Shown here piece by piece: positions 9,306 to 18,155 of a stretch of 32,000 bases of DNA. The notes beneath the pieces are model-generated. The model worked only from the letters and a program-made list of their open reading frames with translations, did no database searches and was not told the DNA's origin. Origin of the DNA: Alkalilimnicola ehrlichii MLHE-1 (lineage in GTDB: Bacteria; Pseudomonadota; Gammaproteobacteria; Nitrococcales; Halorhodospiraceae); the NCBI RefSeq assembly GCF_000014785.1, contig NC_008340.1, positions 1,620,001-1,652,000 of the forward strand. Reading direction: 5' to 3'. How positions within the stretch are numbered: position 1 is the stretch's first letter; every line of letters starts with the position of its first letter. Position numbers and translations under genes: made by a program.

Positions 9306-10330
9306 GGAGACTCCTTCGCGGCCAACAGGCTCTCAAGGCGCTGATCGATCATGCGCGGAACCCCTTTGCGCACCTCGAGCACCGCCGTTTCGATGGCGCG
9401 GCCGAAGGCGAAGGCGTCGGCGCCACCATGACTCTTGAGCACGATACCACGCAATCCGAGCAGGCTGGCGCCATTGTACTGGCGCGGGTCGATCCGACCG
9501 CGCAGGGAGCGCAGCACCGGCAGTGCGATCAGCCCCGCCAGCCGGGTGAAGAGATTGCGCTGGAACTCGGCCCGCAGGTAGTGGGCGATCAGTCCCGCCA
9601 CACCCTCGCTGCTCTTCAGGGCGACGTTTCCGACGAAGCCGTCGCAGACGACGACATCGGCCAGACCTTTGAAGATCCCGTCCCCCTCCACGTACCCGAC
9701 GTAGTTCAGGGGGGAGTCGGTGAGCATCTGACAGGCCCGTTTTACCTGGTCATTGCCCTTGATCTCCTCCTCACCGATATTCAACAGCCCCACCCGCGGC
9801 TGCGCCACGCCGTCGATGGCCTCGGCACAGACCGAACCCATCACGGCGAACTGAAACAGATGCTCCGCCGTGCAATCGACGTTGGCACCCAGGTCGAGCA
9901 TGTGGGCGTACCCGCCCTTGGTGGGGATGGTGCTCATGATCGCCGGTCGATCGATGCCCGGCAGCGTCTTGAGCACATAACGGGCCGTGGCCATGAGGGC
10001 GCCGGTGTTGCCGGCACTGATACTGGCGTCCGCCTCACCCTGCTTGACCAATTGGATGCTGACCCGCATGGAGGAGTCTTTTTTGGTCCGCAGCGCCTGC
10101 GAGGGCGGCTCATCCATCGCAACCACCTCGCTGGCGGGATGGACCCACAGCCGCTCGCTCTCCTGTCCGCCATGCCGTTGCAACGCCTGGCGCACCGGTT
10201 CGGCCTGACCGACCAGTATCAGACGCAGCGCCGGGTTACGCGCCAGCGCCGCCAGCGCAGCGGGAGCCACCACGTCGGGGCCATGATCGCCACCCATGGC
10301 GTCCAGGCTGATAGTAACCGACTCAGTCAT
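9302..10330 (-). CDS. plsX: phosphate acyltransferase PlsX
   Basis: 342 aa, with '[12 protein letters not shown]' and '[14 protein letters not shown]'. Downstream of rpmF. Confidence 0.95.
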   Translation of the reverse strand: MTESVTISLDAMGGDHGPDVVAPAALAALARNPALRLILVGQAEPVRQALQRHGGQESERLWVHPASEVVAMDEPPSQALRTKKDSSMRVSIQLVKQGEADASISAGNTGALMATARYVLKTLPGIDRPAIMSTIPTKGGYAHMLDLGANVDCTAEHLFQFAVMGSVCAEAIDGVAQPRVGLLNIGEEEIKGNDQVKRACQMLTDSPLNYVGYVEGDGIFKGLADVVVCDGFVGNVALKSSEGVAGLIAHYLRAEFQRNLFTRLAGLIALPVLRSLRGRIDPRQYNGASLLGLRGIVLKSHGGADAFAFGRAIETAVLEVRKGVPRMIDQRLESLLAAKESP

Positions 10331-10343
10331 GCCCCTGGCCCAT

Positions 10344-10390
10344 GGTTAAAAAGAAACCGCCCGCCGAGCCGGGCTGGCGGGCGGGTTTCC
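10344..10390 (-). terminator. intrinsic terminator/attenuator between rpmF and plsX
   Basis: On the minus strand, GAAACCCGCCCGCC..loop..GGCGGGCGGTTTC forms a 13-bp stem with one bulge (10353-10389). It is followed by TTTTTAACC. Confidence 0.7.
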
Positions 10391-10404
10391 TTCACCCATG
10401 CGTC

Positions 10405-10584
10405 TCAGTCCTCGCGCCCCTGCATGACCTTTCGGCCCCGGTAGTAGCCGTCAGGGCTGACATGGTGGCGACGGTGGGTCTCGCCCGTCTGCGGTTCCAC
10501 CGACAGGGCCGGGCCGGACAGGGCGTCGTGGGAACGGCGCATGCCGCGCTTGGAGGGCGTCTTACGGTTCTGTTGAACGGCCAT
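10405..10584 (-). CDS. rpmF: 50S ribosomal protein L32
   Basis: Not in the ORF track (59 aa). My own translation is [65 protein letters not shown] lies 6 nt upstream of the ATG at 10584. Sits in the conserved yceD-rpmF-plsX position. Confidence 0.95.
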   Translation of the reverse strand: MAVQQNRKTPSKRGMRRSHDALSGPALSVEPQTGETHRRHHVSPDGYYRGRKVMQGRED

Positions 10585-10617
10585 TTGGGGCTCCTTGGAT
10601 CAATCTCGTGTTGATTG

Positions 10618-11163
10618 TCATGTATCGTCTTGATCGGTGTCAGAGGGGCATTTCATCCGCTCCAGCACCGCAAAGGGGTTCTTCGCTCGCTCGTCCGGCT
10701 CGTCCTGTGCCTCCGCCGGGTTATCCGGCGTGGCACAGCCGCCCTCCGGATGACGGGCAATCGCCGGCATCGCCAGCAGCAGTTCGTCCTCGACCACGGC
10801 GACCAACGGCAATTTGCCGGTGGCCATCACCAGGGGGTCGAACTCCGGCGCCAGGGACTCCGCCTCGTGCTCGCTGGCCACCAGTTGCAGCGCCACTTCC
10901 GCGTCCAGCGCTTGCTCATAGGGCTGCAGACAGCGCTGGCAACGGAGCGTGATGCTGGCGCTCACCGCGCCGCTCAGCCGTTGCCGGCCCTGATCGTCGC
11001 GGAACGCCCGCAGCGCGACCCGGACCCGTGCCGCCTGATCGGCCACCACCGCCTCGGCGGAGAGGCGCGCCATAGCCGCCCGCGGCAGCCGACCCTCGAG
11101 TCGGGTGCCGGCCTCGGTGAACATGTCGTGCACCAGGTACTCAGGCAGTGGGCTGCTGGACAT
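10618..11163 (-). CDS. yceD: YceD family (DUF177) protein
   Basis: 181 aa. Contains 'CQRCLQPYEQ' and a second Cys pair near the acidic C-terminus. Directly upstream of rpmF and divergent from maf, as in E. coli. Confidence 0.88.
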   Translation of the reverse strand: MSSSPLPEYLVHDMFTEAGTRLEGRLPRAAMARLSAEAVVADQAARVRVALRAFRDDQGRQRLSGAVSASITLRCQRCLQPYEQALDAEVALQLVASEHEAESLAPEFDPLVMATGKLPLVAVVEDELLLAMPAIARHPEGGCATPDNPAEAQDEPDERAKNPFAVLERMKCPSDTDQDDT

Positions 11164-11172
11164 AAGCCCGCA

Positions 11173-11201
11173 ATCATAAGCGCGGCCTCCCGGGCTGTCA
11201 A
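11173..11201 (-). promoter_or_regulatory. near-consensus sigma70 promoter for yceD-rpmF
   Basis: On the minus strand: TTGACA (11196-11201), a 17-nt spacer, then TATGAT (11173-11178). Only 9 nt separate the -10 element from the yceD ATG. Confidence 0.5.
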
Positions 11202-11284
11202 AGCGCTTGCCAGGGGCGGCGATCGGCCCTAGCCTTGACGCCTTGCGAACCGATCCCCGACCCGGTGACCCCAGGAGCAGGCAC

Positions 11285-11884
11285 GTGGCCGAGCGACCCC
11301 CTTTGATACTCGCCTCCCGTTCCCCCTATCGGCGCGCCTTGCTGGAGCAGGTGCGCCTGCCCCATGAGGCCATTCCGGCCGACGTTGACGAGAGCCGGCA
11401 CCCGGATGAGCCGGCGCACGATTACGTGCTCCGGCTGGCGCGGGCCAAGGCCGAGGCCGTGGCGGAACGGCGCCCGGATGCCCTGGTGATCGGGTCCGAT
11501 CAGGCGGCCGTGCTGGGCGAGCGGGTGCTGGGCAAGCCGGGCAGCGAGGCCCGGGCCCGGGAGCAGCTCGCTACCGCCTCCGGCCAGTGCGTCACCTTCC
11601 TGACCGGCGTGGCGGTGGTGCATGCCGCGGGGGGGCGCCGCCAGTCTGACGTCGTCCCCTATCGGGTGCACTTCCGGGACCTGGACGAGACCACCATCGC
11701 CCGCTACGTGGCGCTGGAACAACCGCTGGACTGCGCCGGCAGCTTCAAATCCGAGGGGCTGGGCGCAGTGTTGTTCCAGCGCATGGAGGGCAGCGACCCG
11801 AACGCCCTGATCGGGCTGCCGCTGATCCGGTTGTTCGACTTTCTCCTCGCCTGCGGCTACCCGCTGATCGGCTCGGAGGAGTGA
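11285..11884 (+). CDS. maf: Maf-like nucleoside triphosphate pyrophosphatase (YceF type by position)
   Basis: Contains 'LILASRSPYRRALLEQ' and 'AGSFKSEGLG'. Start taken at the GTG at 11285, with AGGAG 7 nt upstream. The exact start is uncertain; the track's ATG at 11207 is less likely. Confidence 0.85.
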   Translation: MAERPPLILASRSPYRRALLEQVRLPHEAIPADVDESRHPDEPAHDYVLRLARAKAEAVAERRPDALVIGSDQAAVLGERVLGKPGSEARAREQLATASGQCVTFLTGVAVVHAAGGRRQSDVVPYRVHFRDLDETTIARYVALEQPLDCAGSFKSEGLGAVLFQRMEGSDPNALIGLPLIRLFDFLLACGYPLIGSEE

Positions 11885-11894
11885 CCGCCCGCGC

Positions 11895-12830
11895 TCAGCG
11901 CAGTTCGTGGCCCTCGGTCAGGGCGCGGGTGATGGCCTTGCCGATACTCATGCCCAACCGGTCGGTGATGAAGCGCAGCAGGCCGGGGTGGCGACTGTAG
12001 TCCAACACCTGGTCGACACCGGCCACCTCGCGGGCCACGTGCGCGATATCGCCGAATCCGTCGGCCAGGCCCAGTTCGACACTGCTTTCACCGGTCCAGA
12101 TGAGCCCGCTGAACAGGCGATCATCATCGGCCAGGCGCTCACCCCGCCCGGCGCGGACGTCGGCGATGAACTGGGAATGCACCTCCTCCAGCAGGCGCTC
12201 CATGTGCGCCTGGTGCGCTTCCTCCTCCGGGGCAAAGGGGTCTAAAAAGGCCTTGTTCTCGCCGGCGGTGTAGATGCGCCGCTCCACGCCCAGTTTCTCC
12301 ATCGCCTCCGTGAAGCCGAAACCGCCGGAGATGACCCCGATGGAGCCCACCACGCTTGCCGGATTGACGAAGATCTCATCCGCCGCAGAGGCGATATAAT
12401 AGGCCCCGGACGCGCCCACGTCGTCGATGACCGCATAGACCGCCATCCCCTGATGCTGTTCGCGCAGGCGATTGATCTCGGAGTAGATGCGGTTTGACTG
12501 CACCGGGCTGCCACCCGGGCTGTTGATGTACAGCACCACCCCCTCGGCCCGGGGGGCGTTGAATGCGGCCTGCAGCCCCTGATTGACCAGCTCGGCACTC
12601 GCCAGCTCGTCGGCGCTGATCAGCCCGGTAACGTTCACCTTGGCCAGGTGCGGCCCTGTGGGCCGCTCGAACAGGAACCCGCTGGCAAAGGGGATAAGCA
12701 ACGCGACCAGATAGGCCAGGAACGCCAGCTTGAAGAATATGCCCCAGCGACGCGCCCGTTGGCGCTCCTTGATGCCCTCAAGGGCGATCTCGCGCATGGC
12801 ATCCCGTTCCCAGCGGTCGTTTTCGTTCAT
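11895..12830 (-). CDS. sppA: signal peptide peptidase SppA, 36K type (S49 family)
   Basis: 311 aa. It has an N-terminal TM segment, 'YINSPGGS', 'GASGAYYIASAAD' and 'GSIGV'. Confidence 0.88.
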   Translation of the reverse strand: MNENDRWERDAMREIALEGIKERQRARRWGIFFKLAFLAYLVALLIPFASGFLFERPTGPHLAKVNVTGLISADELASAELVNQGLQAAFNAPRAEGVVLYINSPGGSPVQSNRIYSEINRLREQHQGMAVYAVIDDVGASGAYYIASAADEIFVNPASVVGSIGVISGGFGFTEAMEKLGVERRIYTAGENKAFLDPFAPEEEAHQAHMERLLEEVHSQFIADVRAGRGERLADDDRLFSGLIWTGESSVELGLADGFGDIAHVAREVAGVDQVLDYSRHPGLLRFITDRLGMSIGKAITRALTEGHELR

Positions 12831-12837
12831 CCGTCAG

Positions 12838-13788
12838 TTACCCCGTTGAGTCATTGGATTGTTGCGGCGCCTGGAGCTGCGCCACGACCGCCGCCAGCTC
12901 GTCCGGCAGCGGCGCCTCGATCGATAAGGGTTGACCGGTGCCGGGGGCGGACAGTTCCAGGCGGTGGGCGTGGAGGAACAGGCGCTTGAGCCCCAACCCC
13001 CTCAACCGGCGGTTGACCGCCCGCTCCCCGTAGCGGTCGTCGCCGGCGATGGGCATGCCGAGGTGGGCCGCGTGGACCCGGATCTGGTGGGTGCGCCCGG
13101 TGGCGATATCGGCCTCCGCCAGCGTCATGCCCCCGGGGCGCGCCACGGCCCGGAACACCGTCCGCGCCAGCTTGCCGTGGCTGGCGACCCGCACGCCCCC
13201 TGCCGGTCCACTGCGGCGCTCCAACGGCGCCTCCACCGGAATGGGGCCGCGCCCGAGTGCGCCGGTGAGCAGGGCCAGATAACGTTTGTGTACAGCGCCC
13301 GTGCGGAGCTGCTCGTGCAGTTCGCGCAACGCGCTGCGCCGCTTGGCGACCATCAGGCAGCCACTGGTCGCGCGGTCCAGCCGGTGGACCAGCTCGAGGA
13401 AGGGGGCGCTGGGCCGGGCCTGGCGCAAGACCTCGATCAGCCCCCAGGCCAGTCCGCTGCCGCCGTGCACGGCCAGTCCGGAGGGCTTGTCGATCACCAG
13501 CAGCCGGTCGTCCTCGTAGAGGATGCGCTGGGCCAATTCGCCCTGCAGGCGGGCGGGCGGCGTGGCCTCTTGGGGGGCGCGCGTCTGGACCGGCGGAATA
13601 CGCACCGTCTCCCCCGTGGCCAGCCGGCGCGGCGGTTTGGTGCGCTTGCCGTCGACCCGGACCTGCCCGCTGCGCAGCAGCCGGTATATCAGTGACCGGG
13701 GCACGCCCTTGAGCTGCCGCATCAGGAAATTGTCCACCCGCTGGCCGGCGTCCTCCGGCCCGATGCGCACCTGTCGTACGCCGCTCAT
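12838..13788 (-). CDS. rluC: 23S rRNA pseudouridine synthase RluC
   Basis: Has an S4 domain at the N-terminus ('AGQRVDNFL', 'LLRSGQVRVDG') and the catalytic 'HRLDRATSG'. Divergent from rne. Start taken at the ATG at 13788 ('MSGVRQV') by analogy with the E. coli N-terminus. The ATG at 13821 is the alternative. Confidence 0.88.
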   Translation of the reverse strand: MSGVRQVRIGPEDAGQRVDNFLMRQLKGVPRSLIYRLLRSGQVRVDGKRTKPPRRLATGETVRIPPVQTRAPQEATPPARLQGELAQRILYEDDRLLVIDKPSGLAVHGGSGLAWGLIEVLRQARPSAPFLELVHRLDRATSGCLMVAKRRSALRELHEQLRTGAVHKRYLALLTGALGRGPIPVEAPLERRSGPAGGVRVASHGKLARTVFRAVARPGGMTLAEADIATGRTHQIRVHAAHLGMPIAGDDRYGERAVNRRLRGLGLKRLFLHAHRLELSAPGTGQPLSIEAPLPDELAAVVAQLQAPQQSNDSTG

Positions 13789-13844
13789 GCTCTTATCCGC
13801 CCGTTGCTCATGTCGGCGCATGATAGCAGAGAGCCGGCGGCCAT

Positions 13845-13873
13845 TTGCCGCCTATAGGGGACACTGTTATAGT
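13845..13873 (+). promoter_or_regulatory. candidate sigma70 promoter for rne
   Basis: TTGCCG (13845-13850), a 17-nt spacer, then TATAGT (13868-13873). This predicts a leader of about 320 nt. Confidence 0.45.
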
Positions 13874-13879
13874 GCCGTC

Positions 13880-14202
13880 ACGCCGTAGTGGGCCCCATTT
13901 GGCCCTGGCCACGCCAGCGGCGCCAGTAAAGATTCCTGCTTCCCCTGCCACCTCGGCGGGAGAACGGACGAACCTGTCCGGGACCGGCCCGACGACCGCC
14001 CCGGCCATCCAAGCCCAAAAGACAACACCCCGCATCGCTACCCGAATGAACGCGACGAACCTGCTGGTGACGCATTACCTGGCATTGATCCTGGCTCCCG
14101 TAGTCCAGGCCTGCCGGCCGGTATGCACCGAGTTGCGCCCGCCCCGGTTCGAGCGCGAGCGGCCTGCCGTGGCGCCGCGGGGATGCTGGAGACATCACCC
14201 TT
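13880..14202 (+). promoter_or_regulatory. putative long structured rne 5' leader
   Basis: A 414-nt gap between rluC and rne with no credible ORF. It contains many short GC hairpins, for example GGGCC-ccattt-GGCCC and CTGGC-cac-GCCAG. E. coli rne has a leader of about 360 nt that is used for autoregulation. Confidence 0.4.
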
Positions 14203-17200
14203 ATGAAACGAATGCTGATCAACGCAACTCAGCCAGAGGAGTTGCGTGTTGCCCTCGTGGACGGGCAACAGCTCTACGACCTGGATATCGAAACCCCGGC
14301 CCGGGAGCAGAAGAAGGCCAACATCTACAAGGGCACCATCACCCGCGTGGAGCCCAGCCTGGAGGCGGCCTTCGTACAGTACGGCGCGGAGCGCCACGGG
14401 TTTCTGCCGTTTAAGGAGATTGCCCCCAGCTACTACCGCGAGGGTCTCAAGGCCGACGGGGGGCGCCCCAGCATCCGCGATGCGGTGCGTGAGGGCCAGG
14501 AGGTGGTGGTTCAGGTGGACAAGGAGGAGCGCGGCACCAAGGGTGCGGCGTTGACCACCTACATCAGCCTGGCCGGGCGCTACCTGGTGCTCATGCCCAA
14601 CAACCCGCGCGCCGGCGGCGTCTCGCGCCGCATTGAGGGCTCCGACCGGGCCGAAATCCGCGAGGCGCTGCGACAACTCGACGTCCCGGAGGGCATGGGT
14701 CTGATCGTCCGCACCGCCGGCGTGGGCCGGACGGTGGAGGAACTGCAGTGGGACCTCGATTACCTGCTCAAGCTCTGGAGCGCTATCCAGAAGGCCGCCG
14801 AGGCCCGGTCCGCCCCCTTCCTGATCTACCAGGAGAGCGACGTCATCATTCGCGCGCTGCGCGACTACCTGCGCTCGGATATCGGGGAGATTCTCATCGA
14901 TGACCCGCAGGTCTTTGAAAAGGCCGTGGAGTTCGTCGAGCAGGTCATGCCGTATAACCGGCAGAAGCTGAAGTACTACGACGACCGGGTACCGCTGTTC
15001 ACCCGTTACCAGATCGAAAGCCAGATCGAATCCGCCTTCCAGCGGGACGTTCGTCTGCCCTCCGGCGGTGCCATCGTGATCGACCACACCGAGGCGCTGA
15101 TCTCCATCGACATCAACTCGGCCCGGGCCACCAAAGGCTCGGACATCGAGGAGACGGCCCTGCACACCAACCTCGAAGCCGCCGACGAGATCGCCCGGCA
15201 GCTCCGATTGCGGGATCTGGGCGGGCTGATCGTGATCGACTTCATTGACATGGGCCCGAACCGAAACCAGCGGGAGGTGGAAAACCGACTCCGCGAGGCG
15301 GTCAAGGCGGACCGAGCCCGGGTTCAGATCGGGCGAATCTCCCGCTTTGGTTTGCTGGAGATGTCCCGCCAGCGGCTTCGTTCGTCCCTGGGCGAGTCGC
15401 ACCAGGAGGTCTGCGCCCGCTGTGGTGGCCAGGGTACCGTGCGCAGCGTGGAGTCGCTGGCCCTTTCCATCCTGCGCATCGTCGAGGAAGAGGCGATGAA
15501 GGAGAAGACCGGGACGGTGCTGGCGCAGCTCCCGGTGGATGTCGCCACCTTCCTTTTGAACGAGAAACGGCCCTCCATCAGTGAGATCGAGGATCGCCAC
15601 AGGGTGGCCGTGGTGCTGATCCCCAATCGCACCATGGAGACACCCCACTACGACGTCCAGCGCCTGCGTAGCGACGACGAGTCCACCGAGGACCCCAGTT
15701 ACCGGCTCGCCTCCGAGGAACATCCAGAGCCCTCCCCCGAGTGGTTGGAGCGGGAGGCCGCGCCGCGCTCGGAGGAACCGGTGGTCCAGCGGGTACAGCC
15801 GCCCTCCGCACCGCCGCCGACGGCGCCCGTCGAAGAGAGTCCAAAGGAAGAAGCGCCACCACCGCAGCGCGACGCGCCCGAAGGTAGCGGCGCATCGGAC
15901 GTCGGGATCAGCGGCCTCACCGGCCTGTTCCAGCGGCTCCGTGGCTTCTTTGGGCGGGAAGCGGACAACGACAGCGCCGGTCAGGAGGGTCCAGTCGGCG
16001 AGAAGGCCCCTGCTGCCTCCGGGCGACGCGGCAGCGATCAGAAGGGAGCCACCAACGGGCGCCGGGGCGGTGGTAGTAACGGCGGCAAGGGTGGCCGGAC
16101 ACGGCAAAAGGCGCGCCCCGAGGACGGTCGATCGGCCTCGCAACCGGAGGCTACCGGCAAGCCGGAGAGTGATGCCCGGCGCGATGCGGATGAGACCGCC
16201 GAGGGCGCCGGTCGCAGCGGTCGCAGCCGGCGCGGCCGGCGGGGCGGACGGCGCCGCCGGCGTAGCGGGAGCACAGGCGGTGGCCAGCCGGAGGAATCGG
16301 CCGCACGCCAGGATCAGAAGGGGCAGACCCCGCCGGCGGCAGAGGCCGCGGACGACGCTCCCCGGGATCGCGCCGCCGGCAAGGCCGAGGCCGCCGCCGA
16401 GCGGCCCAGGGAGGGAGACCGCGCGGCGGCCGAGAAACCGGCGGCCAGCGAAAAGGTAAAGGCTGACAAGCCGGCGCTGCCAACGATCACCGAGGAGGAG
16501 ATCCAGGGCAGCGCCACCCCGCAGCTCAAGGACTGGCCACCGCGGGGCCAGGTCGCCACCGAGGCCGCCAGTCCCGAATCGGCGCCGGCGGACGACGAGA
16601 GCGGCACCGCCGCCGGGTCGCCGAAGGCCACGCAGGCCCAACGACCGGCGACGGCCGACACCGAGGCCTCCGACACCAAGGCAGATGCGCCGGCGTCCTC
16701 CGGTGAGACGCCCGCCGACCAACCGACCGGTGCGCCACCGGCGGCTGGCGGTGACGGGGCCAAGGCGCCGACCGCTGAGAAGGCCGCTGGCGAGAAGCCG
16801 GGGGCGCGGCGCAAGCGCTCGAAGCCCAGTGTCCAACCGGGCACGCCGCCGGTCCTGCCGCAGGATATCGGCCCGGATGAACCGTCGGTGCGCTCCGGGC
16901 GCCCGCGTATCAGCGCAGCGGCCCCCACCGAGGGCAACGAGGCCGACACCGCCGGCTCGGCTGACGTCGCCCCGCGTGAGCCGACACCGGCTAACACGGG
17001 GACCGATCAGCCACCGAAACCGGCGCCGGAACCAGCGCCGGCCAAGGCGCCGGAGCCGGCCCCGGGGTCCGATAGTGAGCCAGCGGCCGCCGACCAGGAC
17101 GCCGCGCCTGCCGAGGAGGTGCCCAACGCCGCCGACGACGGTGCTGCCGGGCCACAGGCAACCCCTTGGCTGGAGCACGAGCCTGAGAGCAGTCGGGAGG

Positions 17201-17424
17201 CCATTGGCGCCCATAGCGCGGGTACGCCGGACGCTCCTGATGCGCAGAAGGCCCCGGCCGACACCGCGGATGCCGCGGACACCGCGGGCGACGAAGGCGG
17301 GGATCAGACGCAGGAGACCGATGAGGCCTCCCGAAAGGGCGGTTCCCGGAGAAAGGGGCCGGCCGGGGAGAGTGAGGCGCGGCCCGAATCCCCGGACCAG
17401 GGCAGGTCACGAGAGGATGACTGA
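14203..17424 (+). CDS. rne: ribonuclease E
   Basis: 1073 aa. The N-terminus '[22 protein letters not shown]', the S1/DNase I-like catalytic half and the Zn-link 'CARCGGQG' are all present. The C-terminal half is low-complexity and rich in Pro/Ala/Glu/Arg. Confidence 0.97.
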   Translation: MKRMLINATQPEELRVALVDGQQLYDLDIETPAREQKKANIYKGTITRVEPSLEAAFVQYGAERHGFLPFKEIAPSYYREGLKADGGRPSIRDAVREGQEVVVQVDKEERGTKGAALTTYISLAGRYLVLMPNNPRAGGVSRRIEGSDRAEIREALRQLDVPEGMGLIVRTAGVGRTVEELQWDLDYLLKLWSAIQKAAEARSAPFLIYQESDVIIRALRDYLRSDIGEILIDDPQVFEKAVEFVEQVMPYNRQKLKYYDDRVPLFTRYQIESQIESAFQRDVRLPSGGAIVIDHTEALISIDINSARATKGSDIEETALHTNLEAADEIARQLRLRDLGGLIVIDFIDMGPNRNQREVENRLREAVKADRARVQIGRISRFGLLEMSRQRLRSSLGESHQEVCARCGGQGTVRSVESLALSILRIVEEEAMKEKTGTVLAQLPVDVATFLLNEKRPSISEIEDRHRVAVVLIPNRTMETPHYDVQRLRSDDESTEDPSYRLASEEHPEPSPEWLEREAAPRSEEPVVQRVQPPSAPPPTAPVEESPKEEAPPPQRDAPEGSGASDVGISGLTGLFQRLRGFFGREADNDSAGQEGPVGEKAPAASGRRGSDQKGATNGRRGGGSNGGKGGRTRQKARPEDGRSASQPEATGKPESDARRDADETAEGAGRSGRSRRGRRGGRRRRRSGSTGGGQPEESAARQDQKGQTPPAAEAADDAPRDRAAGKAEAAAERPREGDRAAAEKPAASEKVKADKPALPTITEEEIQGSATPQLKDWPPRGQVATEAASPESAPADDESGTAAGSPKATQAQRPATADTEASDTKADAPASSGETPADQPTGAPPAAGGDGAKAPTAEKAAGEKPGARRKRSKPSVQPGTPPVLPQDIGPDEPSVRSGRPRISAAAPTEGNEADTAGSADVAPREPTPANTGTDQPPKPAPEPAPAKAPEPAPGSDSEPAAADQDAAPAEEVPNAADDGAAGPQATPWLEHEPESSREAIGAHSAGTPDAPDAQKAPADTADAADTAGDEGGDQTQETDEASRKGGSRRKGPAGESEARPESPDQGRSREDD

Positions 17425-17430
17425 AGGCCG

Positions 17431-17469
17431 AGGCCCCTACCGCCACCGGCGGTGACGGGGCCTTGTTTC
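17431..17469 (+). terminator. intrinsic terminator after rne
   Basis: AGGCCCC-T-ACCGCC-acc-GGCGGT-GAC-GGGGCCT forms a compound stem (17431-17463), followed by TGTTT. Confidence 0.6.
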
Positions 17470-17507
17470 AGCGCGTTCCGGTGCCACGACGGCACCGGCG
17501 GCCGGAA

Positions 17508-18005
17508 TCAGGCCCGATCGGTTCGGGAGCCGGACAGTTCCGCCAACAACCCCTCGGCGGCGTCCTCGACCAGGTTCAGCACGTGCTCGAAGCCCTGCCC
17601 GCCCCCGAAATAGGGGTCCGGAACCTCCTGCTCCGGGTGGTTCGCGGCGTAATCGAGGAACATTCGGATGCGCTCGCGGTACGGCTTCGGGCACTCGCGC
17701 CGCAGATCGGCAAAGTTGGCGCCGTCCATGGCCAGGATGAGGTCAAAGATCTCAAAATCCTCGACACTGACCTGACGGGCGCGCAGGTCGCTGATGTCCA
17801 CGCCGCGTTGCGCTGCGGCCCGGATCGCCCTCGGGTCGGGCGCCTTGCCGATGTGGTAGTCGTGGGTGCCCGCCGAGTCGATGTAAATGGTGCCCTCCAG
17901 CCCCCGCTCTTGGAGCAGGCGGCGGAAGACCCCCTCGGCTGTGGGGGAACGGCAGATATTGCCCATACAGACAAAGAGAACTCTGTGTTTCACACCTTCA
18001 TTCAT
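17508..18005 (-). CDS. low-molecular-weight protein-tyrosine phosphatase
   Basis: 165 aa. Contains the 'VLFVCMGNICRSP' CX5R(S) P-loop and a downstream 'DPY' acid loop. Confidence 0.92.
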   Translation of the reverse strand: MNEGVKHRVLFVCMGNICRSPTAEGVFRRLLQERGLEGTIYIDSAGTHDYHIGKAPDPRAIRAAAQRGVDISDLRARQVSVEDFEIFDLILAMDGANFADLRRECPKPYRERIRMFLDYAANHPEQEVPDPYFGGGQGFEHVLNLVEDAAEGLLAELSGSRTDRA

Positions 18006-18105
18006 GGGGTTGGATGATTTCCTTGCGATGAGGGTTTAACACATGCGCGGCCGGTCACCGGCGATGCCAGACAGTTGTCGGCGAGCCGTCGCGGCCCCGC
18101 CCCGC

Positions 18106-18133
18106 TTGAACAGACGCTATGCTCACAGATATT
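18106..18133 (+). promoter_or_regulatory. candidate promoter for the 89-aa ORF
   Basis: TTGAAC (18106-18111), a 16-nt spacer, then GATATT (18128-18133). Motif match only. Confidence 0.3.
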
Positions 18134-18155
18134 TCAGACCAGAGGAAGTACCCCC

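Noticed and set aside
7294-10444. Long plus-strand ORFs (347, 366 and 338 aa) opposite fabD, fabH and plsX.
   Set aside because: The fabD one is exactly codon-aligned with fabD (I did not recheck the fabH and plsX frames), and all three are low-complexity translations. The minus-strand genes carry textbook active-site motifs.
13808-14414. ORFs of 75, 114 and 189 aa within the rluC-rne intergenic region.
   Set aside because: They overlap each other and the rne and rluC starts, lack SD sequences, and have odd compositions. The region is better explained as divergent promoters plus the rne leader.
14038-17214. A 1058-aa open reading frame on the minus strand spanning almost all of rne.
   Set aside because: It is exactly codon-aligned with rne: 17212-17214 is both an rne codon and the antisense ATG. 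Its openness therefore only means that rne uses no TTA, CTA or TCA codons over this span, which is expected with extreme G/C third positions. The product is Arg/Gly/Leu/Pro-rich junk, and the opposite strand encodes an unmistakable RNase E.
15900-17400. Repetitive-looking GC-rich DNA (runs of gccgcc, cggcgg and ccggag units) that could be mistaken for a tandem repeat or array.
   Set aside because: It stays in the rne reading frame and encodes the low-complexity scaffold. It has no regular repeat-spacer periodicity.
17478-17498. A second hairpin, CCGGTGCC-acgac-GGCACCGG, between rne and the phosphatase gene, considered as a terminator for the minus-strand phosphatase gene.
   Set aside because: On the minus strand it is followed by AACGCGC rather than a U-tract, so it cannot be called an intrinsic terminator from sequence alone.
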